Shown piece by piece: positions 1-9,860 of a stretch of DNA of 64,000 nucleotides. A model generated the notes under the pieces. It was not told where the DNA came from and searched no databases. It saw nothing but the letters and a program-made list of their open reading frames with translations. A program made the position numbers and the translations under genes. The stretch's first letter is position 1. Each line of letters opens with the position of its first letter. The stretch lies in the sequence record LR756501.1. One strand, given 5' to 3'.

Positions 1-75
1 AGCGAATATAATTGGAATAAATGGCAACCAGTAATCGATTTTATTGGAATTACAGACACAGAAAAAAGAAACTGG

Positions 76-273
76 TTGACTCAATATTTACAAAATTTAG
101 AGGATAACGGTAATACAATTGATATACCAAAGAAATCAGCTTCGGACGCTAAACTAGATATTTTAGAAAGTGTTATCAGAATTTCAAATACCTCTAAAGT
201 TAAAAACACTAATATAGAATTTAGTAACGATGATAACCTAGAGACAAGCAAAATCACAATTACAATAGAATGA
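76..273 (+). CDS. hypothetical protein (start uncertain, may extend upstream)
   Basis: ORF track; ATGA overlap with next gene. Confidence 0.4.
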   Translation: MTQYLQNLEDNGNTIDIPKKSASDAKLDILESVIRISNTSKVKNTNIEFSNDDNLETSKITITIE

Positions 274-839
274 CGGAAGTAACTGAAAATAGGGCTTATG
301 TGAGAATAGATGCTGAAAAAGCTTTATCTAAGTGGGAGCCTATTATAAATGCTTTAAATGTATCTGATCCCGATATAAAAAGGATCATGGCAGATTACGC
401 TGAGCACGACGGTACTATTGAAATTGGAGATAGAACTTTAGAACAAAAGCTTTATAGTTTATTACCAGTTTCTTTAAAGGTATTATCACAGTTAAATTTA
501 AAGAATAAGAAAGTTGTTTTAGTGGACTCTACATATTGGATGAATAAAAATAGAACTGATTTAATAGATAAGATGTTAGATGAAGTAGATCCAATGAATG
601 AACACAAGAAACAAATTAAAATAAATATTGATAGTGATCTATTGGTCACAATAGGAACTGAAAAGACTATAGATCATTGTGAATCAGCGTTAATGAATCA
701 ATTAATCGTTATGATAAATAAAGAATTAGAAAATGGCACTACATTATATTTAACAAAAATGATTAGTTCTATCGATATTGAGCCAAATAGTTTTGGACCT
801 AATAAAATGGTAATGACTTCTTATTATAACGTAGAATAA
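270..839 (+). CDS. hypothetical protein
   Basis: 189-aa ORF in a tightly packed + strand run. Confidence 0.75.
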   Translation: MTEVTENRAYVRIDAEKALSKWEPIINALNVSDPDIKRIMADYAEHDGTIEIGDRTLEQKLYSLLPVSLKVLSQLNLKNKKVVLVDSTYWMNKNRTDLIDKMLDEVDPMNEHKKQIKINIDSDLLVTIGTEKTIDHCESALMNQLIVMINKELENGTTLYLTKMISSIDIEPNSFGPNKMVMTSYYNVE

Positions 840-853
840 AATAATTACATAAA

Positions 854-1111
854 ATGACAAGAGAAGAATCAATTGAAAGAGCAAACGCAACTATTAGGGG
901 ACTAAGAAACGCCGCAGACGATATAGAACATTTCATGAAATTTTTAATAGATTTTGATGACGACATGGAAGGTCTAGGACCTTTAGATAATATTGGTGGC
1001 GACGAAAATTGTCAGGCGATTGGAATAGCATGCGAAGAAAATTCTAAAGTATTAAATATATTGTTTTATAGAAAATACGATCTATATACAAAGACAATGT
1101 TAAAAAAATAA
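854..1111 (+). CDS. hypothetical protein
   Basis: 85-aa ORF with A-rich start context. Confidence 0.65.
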   Translation: MTREESIERANATIRGLRNAADDIEHFMKFLIDFDDDMEGLGPLDNIGGDENCQAIGIACEENSKVLNILFYRKYDLYTKTMLKK

Positions 1112-1121
1112 TTGAAGTGAT

Positions 1122-1841
1122 ATGATCTATAGTTTTCCGAAATATTTACAACATATAAAAGAAGGTCTTATCAAAACTTATGATATAGATTTTGTTTTAG
1201 ATAAAAGTATTAGGGAGTTAGATGTTTTAAATGTTAAATATAAAATTGAAAAAAAAGTAAATAATACAATAAAACTAACAATTTACAATTTTAATAAAGT
1301 TTATATTAAACATTTATTTGGATTATTAAATAAAAATTTCACTAATTTGTTTGGTTGGTTTCCAACTTATATGTATATTACCAATTTATCCGGTATGAGC
1401 AATGCTATGAATTATGATGAAAATTATTTAAAAACAACATATGAATATCTAGATGAAGTATCTATTATATATGAATCTAAATTTGATATAGAGACAGAAA
1501 TACCGAATAAGTTATACCATATTTCTATTCAAGAATACATGAATAAAATATTATCTATTGGATTGGTACCAAAAACTAAAAATAAGAAATCTTCACACGG
1601 AGAAAGAATCTATGTTTGTAAAAGCGTCGAAGATTGTTTGTTTCTGGTCGAAAAAATGAAATTTTATTTCTTTAGTAAAGATAAAATAAATACAAATTGG
1701 ATAATTTATGAAATTGTTACAAAAGATTTGAATTTATTATTATATAATGATCCTAATTTTATAAATAAGGGTTATTATTTATTAGGAAATGTGCCTCCGG
1801 TGAATATAAAGGTAGTGTTAAAAGAAAAAAATAACCAATAA
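1122..1841 (+). CDS. putative ADP-ribosyltransferase-fold protein (Tpt1/KptA-like C-terminal domain)
   Basis: LYHIS...ILSIGLVPK...RIY...IYEI...YYLLGNVPP pattern typical of ART-fold domains; N-terminus MIYSFPKYLQHIKE resembles a capsid-targeting peptide. Confidence 0.5.
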   Translation: MIYSFPKYLQHIKEGLIKTYDIDFVLDKSIRELDVLNVKYKIEKKVNNTIKLTIYNFNKVYIKHLFGLLNKNFTNLFGWFPTYMYITNLSGMSNAMNYDENYLKTTYEYLDEVSIIYESKFDIETEIPNKLYHISIQEYMNKILSIGLVPKTKNKKSSHGERIYVCKSVEDCLFLVEKMKFYFFSKDKINTNWIIYEIVTKDLNLLLYNDPNFINKGYYLLGNVPPVNIKVVLKEKNNQ

Positions 1842-1845
1842 AACA

Positions 1846-2859
1846 ATGGCAAAGTTAACGAGTTTTAGCGATTTCGTAGGAGGTGATAAACCTTACTATA
1901 ATCAAACGAAACCTTATATCTATGTTATTAGATATATTATGGGCAAAGACGATTATATTGACGAACTCAAAGAGTATATTCTAAATTATAGAGACGAAGA
2001 GTCTGATTACGAAGACGACGATCATTACGATGAATTTATGGAAAGACTAAAAATCTACGCCGAAGAAGAAAACATGGAAGAGATAGAGGAAATGATACTC
2101 AACTACGAAGACGAAGCTCTTGAAGAAACTGACGACGATGACGACAATTACGAAGAAAGAATGTATAATAAAGAATATTCAGTAGAAGACGATGATTTAG
2201 TAGAAGATCAAGACGTCTTTGATTCAGAAGACGACGTCATACTAGATTATATGGAAACTAACGATGAGATAGAAGACTCAACTTTAAGCGATAAATTAAA
2301 AGATTTTTTAAAGATCGATATAGAATTTGAAGATCTCGGTAAAGACGAAATAGATTACTCTGAATTTGGTGATGATGTTACAGAACCACCTATTAAATAC
2401 GCTGATTACATGGAAAAAGACGTTCAAGATATTGATTACATAGAAGTTACAGATGAAGAAGAAATTATGGAAGAGTCTAGATTGAATAAAGAATGGATAG
2501 ATAAGAAGAGGAAAGAAAAACTGATTGACGAAATAGAAGAAGAAAACGAAGGAGCATTTATTAATTCTGAATTAAGAAGTCCCATAGATAATCTTCAAGA
2601 TGAAATTCCTTTTAGTGAAGAAGAATATGTTAAAAGAGGTAAGAAAAACATAGACGATTTCGTGAAAAAATCTAAAGAGAAGAGACCAGCTTATTTGGAT
2701 AAACTGCCTTTATTTGTACATACAACAGACGGTAAAAAACCTACAAAGAAGCAATTAGAAAATTTAGTTCAAATCATTAAAGAAGAATTCCCCGAAGAAG
2801 AGGAAACAAAACAAAAGGGAGACGATGATGTTATAAAAATAAACGGTGAATACGAATGA
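1846..2859 (+). CDS. highly acidic protein, candidate internal head protein
   Basis: Extreme D/E content; N-terminus MAKLTSFSDF. Confidence 0.7.
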   Translation: MAKLTSFSDFVGGDKPYYNQTKPYIYVIRYIMGKDDYIDELKEYILNYRDEESDYEDDDHYDEFMERLKIYAEEENMEEIEEMILNYEDEALEETDDDDDNYEERMYNKEYSVEDDDLVEDQDVFDSEDDVILDYMETNDEIEDSTLSDKLKDFLKIDIEFEDLGKDEIDYSEFGDDVTEPPIKYADYMEKDVQDIDYIEVTDEEEIMEESRLNKEWIDKKRKEKLIDEIEEENEGAFINSELRSPIDNLQDEIPFSEEEYVKRGKKNIDDFVKKSKEKRPAYLDKLPLFVHTTDGKKPTKKQLENLVQIIKEEFPEEEETKQKGDDDVIKINGEYE

Positions 2860-3089
2860 AAAGAGCCTATTACAGAGGAATACCAATTTATTACGACCCT
2901 TGCACAGAAGATATAAAAGGAAGAAACTGGTTTTACGAAATTCTTGTAGATGTTATGTTGTGGTTAGACGTAAATATATTATTTATGTTTAATCACGACG
3001 AAGGTTTCAGGATACGGATGGAGATAGATGATAAAGATCAGGAAATATTAGGTATGAAGAAGAAAAAAGAAAAAGAAGAGTCCAAGTGA
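2856..3089 (+). CDS. hypothetical protein
   Basis: ATGA-coupled ORF. Confidence 0.6.
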   Translation: MKRAYYRGIPIYYDPCTEDIKGRNWFYEILVDVMLWLDVNILFMFNHDEGFRIRMEIDDKDQEILGMKKKKEKEESK

Positions 3090-3099
3090 CTCTTCTTTT

Positions 3100-3291
3100 T
3101 TACGATACCATTTTACTTTCGTAATTTATAATTTCATTAACTTGTTTTCTTTTCTGGTGATTGAAGAAATGAAATCCTCTTTTATCGTAACCGAGCATGT
3201 TATAAGCAGAGAGAATGTTAAAGATACTATAAGGTACCCATATAATCTCGCCTGATGGAACTTCTACAATATATCGCATTTCCCGTTTCAT
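3100..3291 (-). CDS. hypothetical protein
   Basis: 63-aa ORF directly preceded by a TAATTTTG box. Confidence 0.55.
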   Translation of the reverse strand: MKREMRYIVEVPSGEIIWVPYSIFNILSAYNMLGYDKRGFHFFNHQKRKQVNEIINYESKMVS

Positions 3292-3295
3292 AATA

Positions 3296-3303
3296 CAAAA
3301 TTA
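3296..3303 (-). promoter_or_regulatory. Bacteroidota-type sigma-A -7 box (TAnnTTTG)
   Basis: TAATTTTG on minus strand 4 nt before the ATG at 3291, T-tract upstream. Confidence 0.5.
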
Positions 3304-3347
3304 ATCAAAATCTACCAAATAAAAAAATAAATGTAACACGCCATTTT

Positions 3348-3356
3348 TAATATATA
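3348..3356 (+). promoter_or_regulatory. putative late promoter TAATATATA (representative of a recurring family)
   Basis: Same 9-mer sits intergenic and gene-oriented at 7149, 10295, 13643, 13942, 20934, 29022, 31293, 35321, 37368, 55670, 59396 (+) and 46454, 50853, 51185, 52043, 54158 (-). Confidence 0.6.
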
Positions 3357-3376
3357 AAAGAAAAAACATATAAATA

Positions 3377-6082
3377 ATGGCAAGTTGTCCCCTTTATAAA
3401 CGTCTAAGAACACGTGGCACGACGTTCTTAGCATTTCCTTCAGCAGCGAATGATTTCAATGTTTACCCCTTTCAAGAGGCATTTGATGTTCAAGTTACAA
3501 AATTCGTTTTGTTAAATATACCTAAAAGTGACGATCCTACAACTGGTCCAGTTTTGAATTTTTCAAAACAAGACGTAGTTGATACAGGACGCGGTATAAA
3601 TACATATAATTTCGATCCAAACGCTGGTAATCCAACTAAATATTCTGACCAATTAGTTGAATCTATTAGAAACTATATAGCAAACCAAGACGCCTGTTTC
3701 AGGGAAACAAGAATCACCGCTAATAAAGATTTCTATAATCCTATGGAAAGAAAAACACCAACAGAAGAAATTTTCTGGAAATGGTGTAGATTACACAATA
3801 TCATTGATTTAGAACCAGCCGAACATAAAATTGACTGGGACAAAAATCTTTCTGATTTTGATAATAATAACGCTTCTACTATAACCAATTCAGATTATTT
3901 TAGAAAATATTTATGGAAAGAAAGAGAAGTTAAAAATTACACTTGTTCTGTTGATGGTTCATTGGGGTACGCTGTAGTTACAATAAATAGTTACTCTAAA
4001 TTTAGAATTGGAGATAATATACTCTTCTCTGGATCAACTACACCCGCTGAATTAACTGGTATAACTTGTGAAATAACGGATATATCCTACCCAACAAATC
4101 AAACAATTATAACTTTATTCAACACCTTAACACCATCTGCTTTCGGTCCTACCGATACAATATGTTATTTAAGTTATCATAAATTAGTTCAATATATTGG
4201 TGAAATTCAAGCAACTAGTAAAGTACAATCATCTCAACAGACTTTTACAGAGTTTACTGCTATGATACCAGCACACGCTGGAATGACTCCAACAGTATTA
4301 TTTGAAACACAGACTAATACTAATTATTATCCTGGTTTATCTATTCCAATTCTTGACGATCAAATTCAAGATGAAATTATAGGATCAGAGAATTTAAGTT
4401 CTCCTATAAGAAGTAATCCTAATGATTATCCTGGTTCTTATTTTGGTTACTTTGATACTTACGATAAAACATATAAAATGAGTACTGGTGATCCTATTAG
4501 ATATAGTGGTGATTACTTTGGTGTTCTTAGAGTTAATAACGTTGGATTGGCAGCAGATGACGCTTTTGAATTTTTAAATGATTTTGACGACGCTAACATT
4601 GATGGTGTTTGTATGGATTTTAATTTAAAACATTATTATAAAGCTCAAACAGCGTCTTCAAATATTTTAAATTTTGACGAATTTAATTCTATTTCACAAA
4701 ACGGCAATCCGCCATCAGATTTTGATTTTAACGCTATCCTATGGTACTATCAAGTACACGATCACGGAACAGATAAAGTATATACAAATCTTTACGGTAT
4801 AGAATTTCTTGATAACCCAGATAACGATTTTGGAACATCTAGTGATAGAATGATTACTTTAACAAAAAAACTTGTTACTAATTCAAATCAAGATGGTTAT
4901 TCGTATATTTATAACTTAAATTTAGATTTTAAAGTTGATAACGATATGTTACCTTTAAGATACGATCCAACTTCCATTTATAATATATTTGGATTTGACT
5001 TATATAATAAAGTTATGAGTAACTACGTTCTCTTATCCGAACAATTCTCCACAATTATAACTGAATTCATAACAATGAACGACGATATAGTCAGACTTAA
5101 AAGCTTAATCTATTCACAAACAGATGTTAGTGAGATTAAAAACAGATTGAGAAATATGGAAGATATATTAAAATTATATCAAACTAATCAATTTGTTGAT
5201 TCTGATACTGTTAAAATTGGAATTGATTACACTAAAAATTATCCAGCTTTAAGTTTCAACGCTGTTAACGTTGATTATAGTGAAATTTATAATATGTTCT
5301 CAACGGACATCGCAAATTATAATATTGCTCACTCTGGACAAACTGGTATAACAACAACTATATCACAATTAATTACTGTACCAAATACTGGTAAATTCTT
5401 GGTAAATATATTTAACGATATGGTTGTAGAAAATAAAGGTTTAGTCTTACAAGTGGCACTCGACCAAGATCTAGCATTTAAACAATCAGTCGATTTTATA
5501 TTACGACCTGATATCGCTCTATATTCCAACGAGTTAAATATTAACGTGATGTTCAATGACGGTACACCAAATGCTAAGACAGAGCAATTGTTAATAGGCC
5601 CAGTAGATTTACCTGTTGATATTTCAACTTATGTGCCAACTAATCCAACTGGTTCCACATTCAATAACTCTTATTATATGAAGTTGAGTACATTCATTGA
5701 TAGATTAACAACAGGTGCTACTTGGGGAACAGGAACAACCATAGATTTAAAAGAAGATTTATTCTACGTTAATGACTGGATTTACATTGAAGACTTATAT
5801 CTTTTAAGCGGTAATACATATACTGACTGGTCAGGACTATATAAAATAGTAGGACTAATTGGTATTCAGGCCATATTAGATTGGGATACAAGTAATTGGC
5901 AAGTTAAATTAAGAGGTACACCAAAGGCTCATTATTACAAGGGAATTAAGCTAAGTGTTGTGAGGATAGATTCTAGTGATACTAGCGACATCAATCACAG
6001 GTATTTAGTGACTAAGGACTTTATAAATGAGGAGATTCAGAATGTTCAATATTCTCCTACGACTTATATAGGTCCTTCATAA
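3377..6082 (+). CDS. large virion structural protein (possibly baseplate-associated)
   Basis: 901 aa, N/T/S/G-rich beta-type composition, TAATATATA box upstream. Confidence 0.55.
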   Translation: MASCPLYKRLRTRGTTFLAFPSAANDFNVYPFQEAFDVQVTKFVLLNIPKSDDPTTGPVLNFSKQDVVDTGRGINTYNFDPNAGNPTKYSDQLVESIRNYIANQDACFRETRITANKDFYNPMERKTPTEEIFWKWCRLHNIIDLEPAEHKIDWDKNLSDFDNNNASTITNSDYFRKYLWKEREVKNYTCSVDGSLGYAVVTINSYSKFRIGDNILFSGSTTPAELTGITCEITDISYPTNQTIITLFNTLTPSAFGPTDTICYLSYHKLVQYIGEIQATSKVQSSQQTFTEFTAMIPAHAGMTPTVLFETQTNTNYYPGLSIPILDDQIQDEIIGSENLSSPIRSNPNDYPGSYFGYFDTYDKTYKMSTGDPIRYSGDYFGVLRVNNVGLAADDAFEFLNDFDDANIDGVCMDFNLKHYYKAQTASSNILNFDEFNSISQNGNPPSDFDFNAILWYYQVHDHGTDKVYTNLYGIEFLDNPDNDFGTSSDRMITLTKKLVTNSNQDGYSYIYNLNLDFKVDNDMLPLRYDPTSIYNIFGFDLYNKVMSNYVLLSEQFSTIITEFITMNDDIVRLKSLIYSQTDVSEIKNRLRNMEDILKLYQTNQFVDSDTVKIGIDYTKNYPALSFNAVNVDYSEIYNMFSTDIANYNIAHSGQTGITTTISQLITVPNTGKFLVNIFNDMVVENKGLVLQVALDQDLAFKQSVDFILRPDIALYSNELNINVMFNDGTPNAKTEQLLIGPVDLPVDISTYVPTNPTGSTFNNSYYMKLSTFIDRLTTGATWGTGTTIDLKEDLFYVNDWIYIEDLYLLSGNTYTDWSGLYKIVGLIGIQAILDWDTSNWQVKLRGTPKAHYYKGIKLSVVRIDSSDTSDINHRYLVTKDFINEEIQNVQYSPTTYIGPS

Positions 6083-6158
6083 TGTTGGTGGGTAATTTCC
6101 AGTGATTTTGGTTAAGTTGTGCCACTTTGCTATACAATACACTGGGTCCACCTTTTTT

Positions 6159-6187
6159 AAGATCCTCCGAAAGAGGATCTTTTTTTA
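6159..6187 (+). terminator. rho-independent terminator
   Basis: AAGATCCTC-CGAAA-GAGGATCTT hairpin plus T run. Confidence 0.8.
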
Positions 6188-6414
6188 TTATATATAATGA
6201 CGAACGAATAACAAATACTGACTAGTCAGTTAACTAACCATACGTGTTTACACGTGCTACAATCCTCACCCGCATAGGGACATACTAATAATTAGGTTAT
6301 CTACACCTATCCTCATAGGATGCTTTTCGGAAGAATACGATGCCCGTTAAGATTAAATCATACTCAGATAAATTTTTCTTAATCTCTCATTAGGGACAAA
6401 AAGTAATTATTACT

Positions 6415-7071
6415 ATGGAAGAAAATTACAATTTAAAATTTTGGGGTTGTGTATTACCAGTATCAGGCTACGGTTTGGCTGATGGTAAAATAAAAATACA
6501 CATACAGGACGGTATAGCACCGTTTAAAATTGAGCTGAAAGTTAATAACAATTTGTATCGTACAATTGAGAACATTCCAGCTCCTCAAATAACTGCTCAT
6601 ACACCCGAAGAAATGATCTTGGCAGCAGAAGATTATAACTGTATCATAGAAGATCTACCACCTGGGGTTTACGGGTTAGTTGGTTGGGACAGTACACCAC
6701 CACCAGAAGGTCCACAAGACGTTAGAGGCGGGGCTAATTGGAACGCTGTATCACCACCATTTGCTACTCTTAATGGTAGTTGTAACCCACTGGGTGAATC
6801 TACACACGTATATTTTGATTACGGTACTGGAACCACTTACGATTACGAGGCGTCATTTGGTGTTGTAAATGGAAACGAAACTGTAATGTGCTCTTTACAA
6901 TTAAGCTCTGGTGGATATAATAGTACATCAGTTCTTATTCCTGGCACTTTATATCATTTCAGAATAAAGGCTACAAACAGTGTTGGAACTGCTTACGGTG
7001 AAGATATGACGTTTACTACACCAGCATCTTTACCAGTTGTACAAACTTTACCAGCTACAAATGTGGGATGA
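6415..7071 (+). CDS. SprB-repeat-like plus FN3-like domain protein
   Basis: DGKIKIHIQDGIAPF...LPPGVY (SprB-like) and ATLNGSCNP...VYFDYG...LIPGTLYHFRIKATNSVGTAYGEDMTFTT (FN3-like module of Bacteroidota surface proteins). Confidence 0.6.
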   Translation: MEENYNLKFWGCVLPVSGYGLADGKIKIHIQDGIAPFKIELKVNNNLYRTIENIPAPQITAHTPEEMILAAEDYNCIIEDLPPGVYGLVGWDSTPPPEGPQDVRGGANWNAVSPPFATLNGSCNPLGESTHVYFDYGTGTTYDYEASFGVVNGNETVMCSLQLSSGGYNSTSVLIPGTLYHFRIKATNSVGTAYGEDMTFTTPASLPVVQTLPATNVG

Positions 7072-7106
7072 CCACCATTGGTTAAAACTTTACCTGCTAA
7101 ATTGTG

Positions 7107-7135
7107 AAAAAAGATCCCAGACTGGGATCTTTTTT
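7107..7135 (+). terminator. rho-independent terminator
   Basis: AAAAAAGATCCCA-GAC-TGGGATCTTTTTT. Confidence 0.8.
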
Positions 7136-7182
7136 CGTTTTTAGTTTTTAATATATAGGCTTAACCAAAATAATTTTAAAAT

Positions 7183-8427
7183 ATGAATAACGTAATAACG
7201 ACATACGACGAATTCTTAAATGAAGAATTGTTGGATGAAACTAGAGCTAAGATTTTGAAATGGTGGAACAACTTTCAAAATAGAGATAATGTAATAAGAA
7301 AGATTCACATGTACCTTAACGCTGGTTCGTGGGCAGCTCTTTTCATTTTTATAGCCACTCTTATAGCTATGTGGACACCTACCGATGTTGGTAGAACAAT
7401 ACAATCTTTAATTAAAGAACATAAGTTAATATACTGGGCAATTTTTGCTATGTTGAGTAGTGTAAACACCGGTGATAAACAATTAATGAAGAAAAGAAAA
7501 GAATTAGTAGAAAAGAAAATGAAAGAACTCAGAGAAATGTTCGCTGAGAAAAATTATACAAGTCATTATTACGTTGTTTTGGGCGATAAAAAAGATATTA
7601 AAGCAGTTTTAGATAAACTTAAAGCTGATGATCTTATTACAGACGCAAATGTTATTGATGTTGCTGATGTAACACTGGTTGATTTTTCAAAAACTTATAA
7701 TATCAAAGAACCAGATAAAGCTGCAGATCCTTACGGTGAAGAAGACTGGGCTGATCAAGAAGTTGATGAGAGAGAAGCTTTACAAATATCAAACGCTGCT
7801 AAGAATTTAGAGGATAAATATAAAGTTAATTTTAGAAAAGTAGAAGACGTAGTAGATTACATGGATAGTAAATGGGAAGATTATTCTATAGCTAAGAAAT
7901 TTACAAAATTTGGTAAAACTACATCTAAAATGTGGGATAGAGAATATCTCAGAAGCGTAGATAGAGTAAAACAAAGAAGAGAAGAAAGAAATAGAATACC
8001 TGAACCAGAAGGATTCGATGACGACGATGATGATATGGACGGTATAGATCCTATGGATGATTATTACCTCAATATAATGCCAAATGATTTAGAATATAAC
8101 AAAGTGCCTTTGACTGACGCTGAAGCAAATAATTATAACGTAGGTGATGTTATACCAATTGGAGGTGAAGACTATACAATAACAAGAATTGATACTGAGG
8201 AAGATGAGGCTTACGCTTACCCAAATCGTTTATTACCTAATAACTGGTTAGAAGAAGAAAGAGCAAAGGGCAACGTGAAAGATTTACCGGATGGTAATCG
8301 TAACGGTCAGAATTATCCAAGAGTGGCAGTGAAAATTGAACCACCAAAGAAAAGATTTATGGATAGATTCAAGGATTTTGTAGTTCCTGGGTTTGACGTA
8401 AAACCACCAGAAGTAATGGAAAGATAA
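7183..8427 (+). CDS. CTS-like and DPYGEExW-motif protein with hydrophobic helices
   Basis: MNNVITTYDEFLNEE; hydrophobic AALFIFIATLIAMW and LIYWAIFAML; DPYGEEDW at 7726-7749. Confidence 0.75.
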   Translation: MNNVITTYDEFLNEELLDETRAKILKWWNNFQNRDNVIRKIHMYLNAGSWAALFIFIATLIAMWTPTDVGRTIQSLIKEHKLIYWAIFAMLSSVNTGDKQLMKKRKELVEKKMKELREMFAEKNYTSHYYVVLGDKKDIKAVLDKLKADDLITDANVIDVADVTLVDFSKTYNIKEPDKAADPYGEEDWADQEVDEREALQISNAAKNLEDKYKVNFRKVEDVVDYMDSKWEDYSIAKKFTKFGKTTSKMWDREYLRSVDRVKQRREERNRIPEPEGFDDDDDDMDGIDPMDDYYLNIMPNDLEYNKVPLTDAEANNYNVGDVIPIGGEDYTITRIDTEEDEAYAYPNRLLPNNWLEEERAKGNVKDLPDGNRNGQNYPRVAVKIEPPKKRFMDRFKDFVVPGFDVKPPEVMER

Positions 8428-8429
8428 TT

Positions 8430-8795
8430 ATGATAAAAGAATTTGAATTATTTATCGAAGGAGTTCGTTGGTACGAAAAAGGGAAACTTGGCGAAAAAGA
8501 AGCTAGAGAAATAGATGAAGTCTTTAAAATAGGTGATAACGTTAGACCAATAGATACGTCTAATATTTATAAATGGCACGATGGGTACGATATAAAACAC
8601 CCTAAACCTGGTGAAGATGGATTCTGGGAAGAATCTAACGCTTTTAAAAATGAAAGTACAGATAGATACTGGGAAGTTAACGGGGTATGTGACTTTAATA
8701 GAGATGGTTACGACGGACAATTAATTCAATTAACTGAGAAATATCCTTGGTATCAAGCAAGAGGATTTAAAAAAGTAAATAAATATGGCGAATAA
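8430..8795 (+). CDS. hypothetical protein with CTS-like N-terminus
   Basis: MIKEFELFIE. Confidence 0.7.
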   Translation: MIKEFELFIEGVRWYEKGKLGEKEAREIDEVFKIGDNVRPIDTSNIYKWHDGYDIKHPKPGEDGFWEESNAFKNESTDRYWEVNGVCDFNRDGYDGQLIQLTEKYPWYQARGFKKVNKYGE

Positions 8796-9456
8796 AATAT
8801 CAATTAGAGACATAGAAGCAGCCATCAAAGAGGCTATGAAAGGCAGCGAAATACAATTCTCAGATTCAGTCTACGAAGAAAAAGATGGTAAACTCCGCCT
8901 CATAATCTTTTTTAATAAACTATTTACTAGCACCAACGTAGTTCTCTATACTAAACTCCTCTTTGAAGTCGATCAAAATAAAGAATACCTTGTTGAAAAC
9001 AGTAGCGGACAAAACTTCTTCAAATATCTTTATGATATTAACTGCCAATATAATATGAAAATTATTGACGATATGAATGATTTTAAGACACAATGGAAGA
9101 AGATTATAGACAGTAATGAATTTGGTCCTAACTTGAAAGTTTTATCTGAATTTATAAAACAGCCTTCTTTTATTGTTAATGAGTGGTTTAATAAGAATGA
9201 CGTTAAGGACATTTCTATGACTGGGTTTAAATACGAACCTAAGATGAAGATAATGCCTTGTAAGATATTATCGTTTCATTTTGTAATGAATGTGAATAAT
9301 TCAGAAGAAGTGGAACTCTTTATAAAGAAAGAAGGTAAGAATGATTTTATGTTAACCTTTACTATTAATGGTAAGAAGATAGATGTAGAGAAACCAGATT
9401 TAAGTGCTTTAGTGCAGACTATTGGTGAAACTCTAAAAGATAATATGGGACAATGA
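8785..9456 (+). CDS. hypothetical protein
   Basis: 223-aa ORF overlapping both neighbours. Confidence 0.75.
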   Translation: MANKISIRDIEAAIKEAMKGSEIQFSDSVYEEKDGKLRLIIFFNKLFTSTNVVLYTKLLFEVDQNKEYLVENSSGQNFFKYLYDINCQYNMKIIDDMNDFKTQWKKIIDSNEFGPNLKVLSEFIKQPSFIVNEWFNKNDVKDISMTGFKYEPKMKIMPCKILSFHFVMNVNNSEEVELFIKKEGKNDFMLTFTINGKKIDVEKPDLSALVQTIGETLKDNMGQ

Positions 9457-9860
9457 TAAAACTATTTGAAGCATATAAGAAGAGTTTAGATGAAATAGAA
9501 AATTTCAAAGATTTTTACGTCGTTGATAATGTGGGCAAATTCTTTGATATGTGTGATAGAAATGCCAATGAAGTTGTTAGATACATGACTCTTTTAAGTG
9601 ATAGTAATAGGATAAAAATAGAGAAACAAGATGGTAATATTATAAAATTCAGAGGGTTTAAATCAACTGATAATATGTCTTCTGCTTATCTAAAAACTTT
9701 TTGGGACGTGAATGTTGAAAAATGGAGATATATAATTTATTTAGTTGATAGCAAAGGTGAAGGATATAGAACGTCAGTTTACGATAAAATAACTTTTTAT
9801 AGACCAAAAGGAATATCATCCCCTTTAGATCCATACGGTGAGGAGGTTTGGGATGATTAA
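9453..9860 (+). CDS. CTS-like and C-terminal DPYGEEVW protein
   Basis: MIKLFEAY...DPYGEEVWDD*. Confidence 0.75.
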   Translation: MIKLFEAYKKSLDEIENFKDFYVVDNVGKFFDMCDRNANEVVRYMTLLSDSNRIKIEKQDGNIIKFRGFKSTDNMSSAYLKTFWDVNVEKWRYIIYLVDSKGEGYRTSVYDKITFYRPKGISSPLDPYGEEVWDD

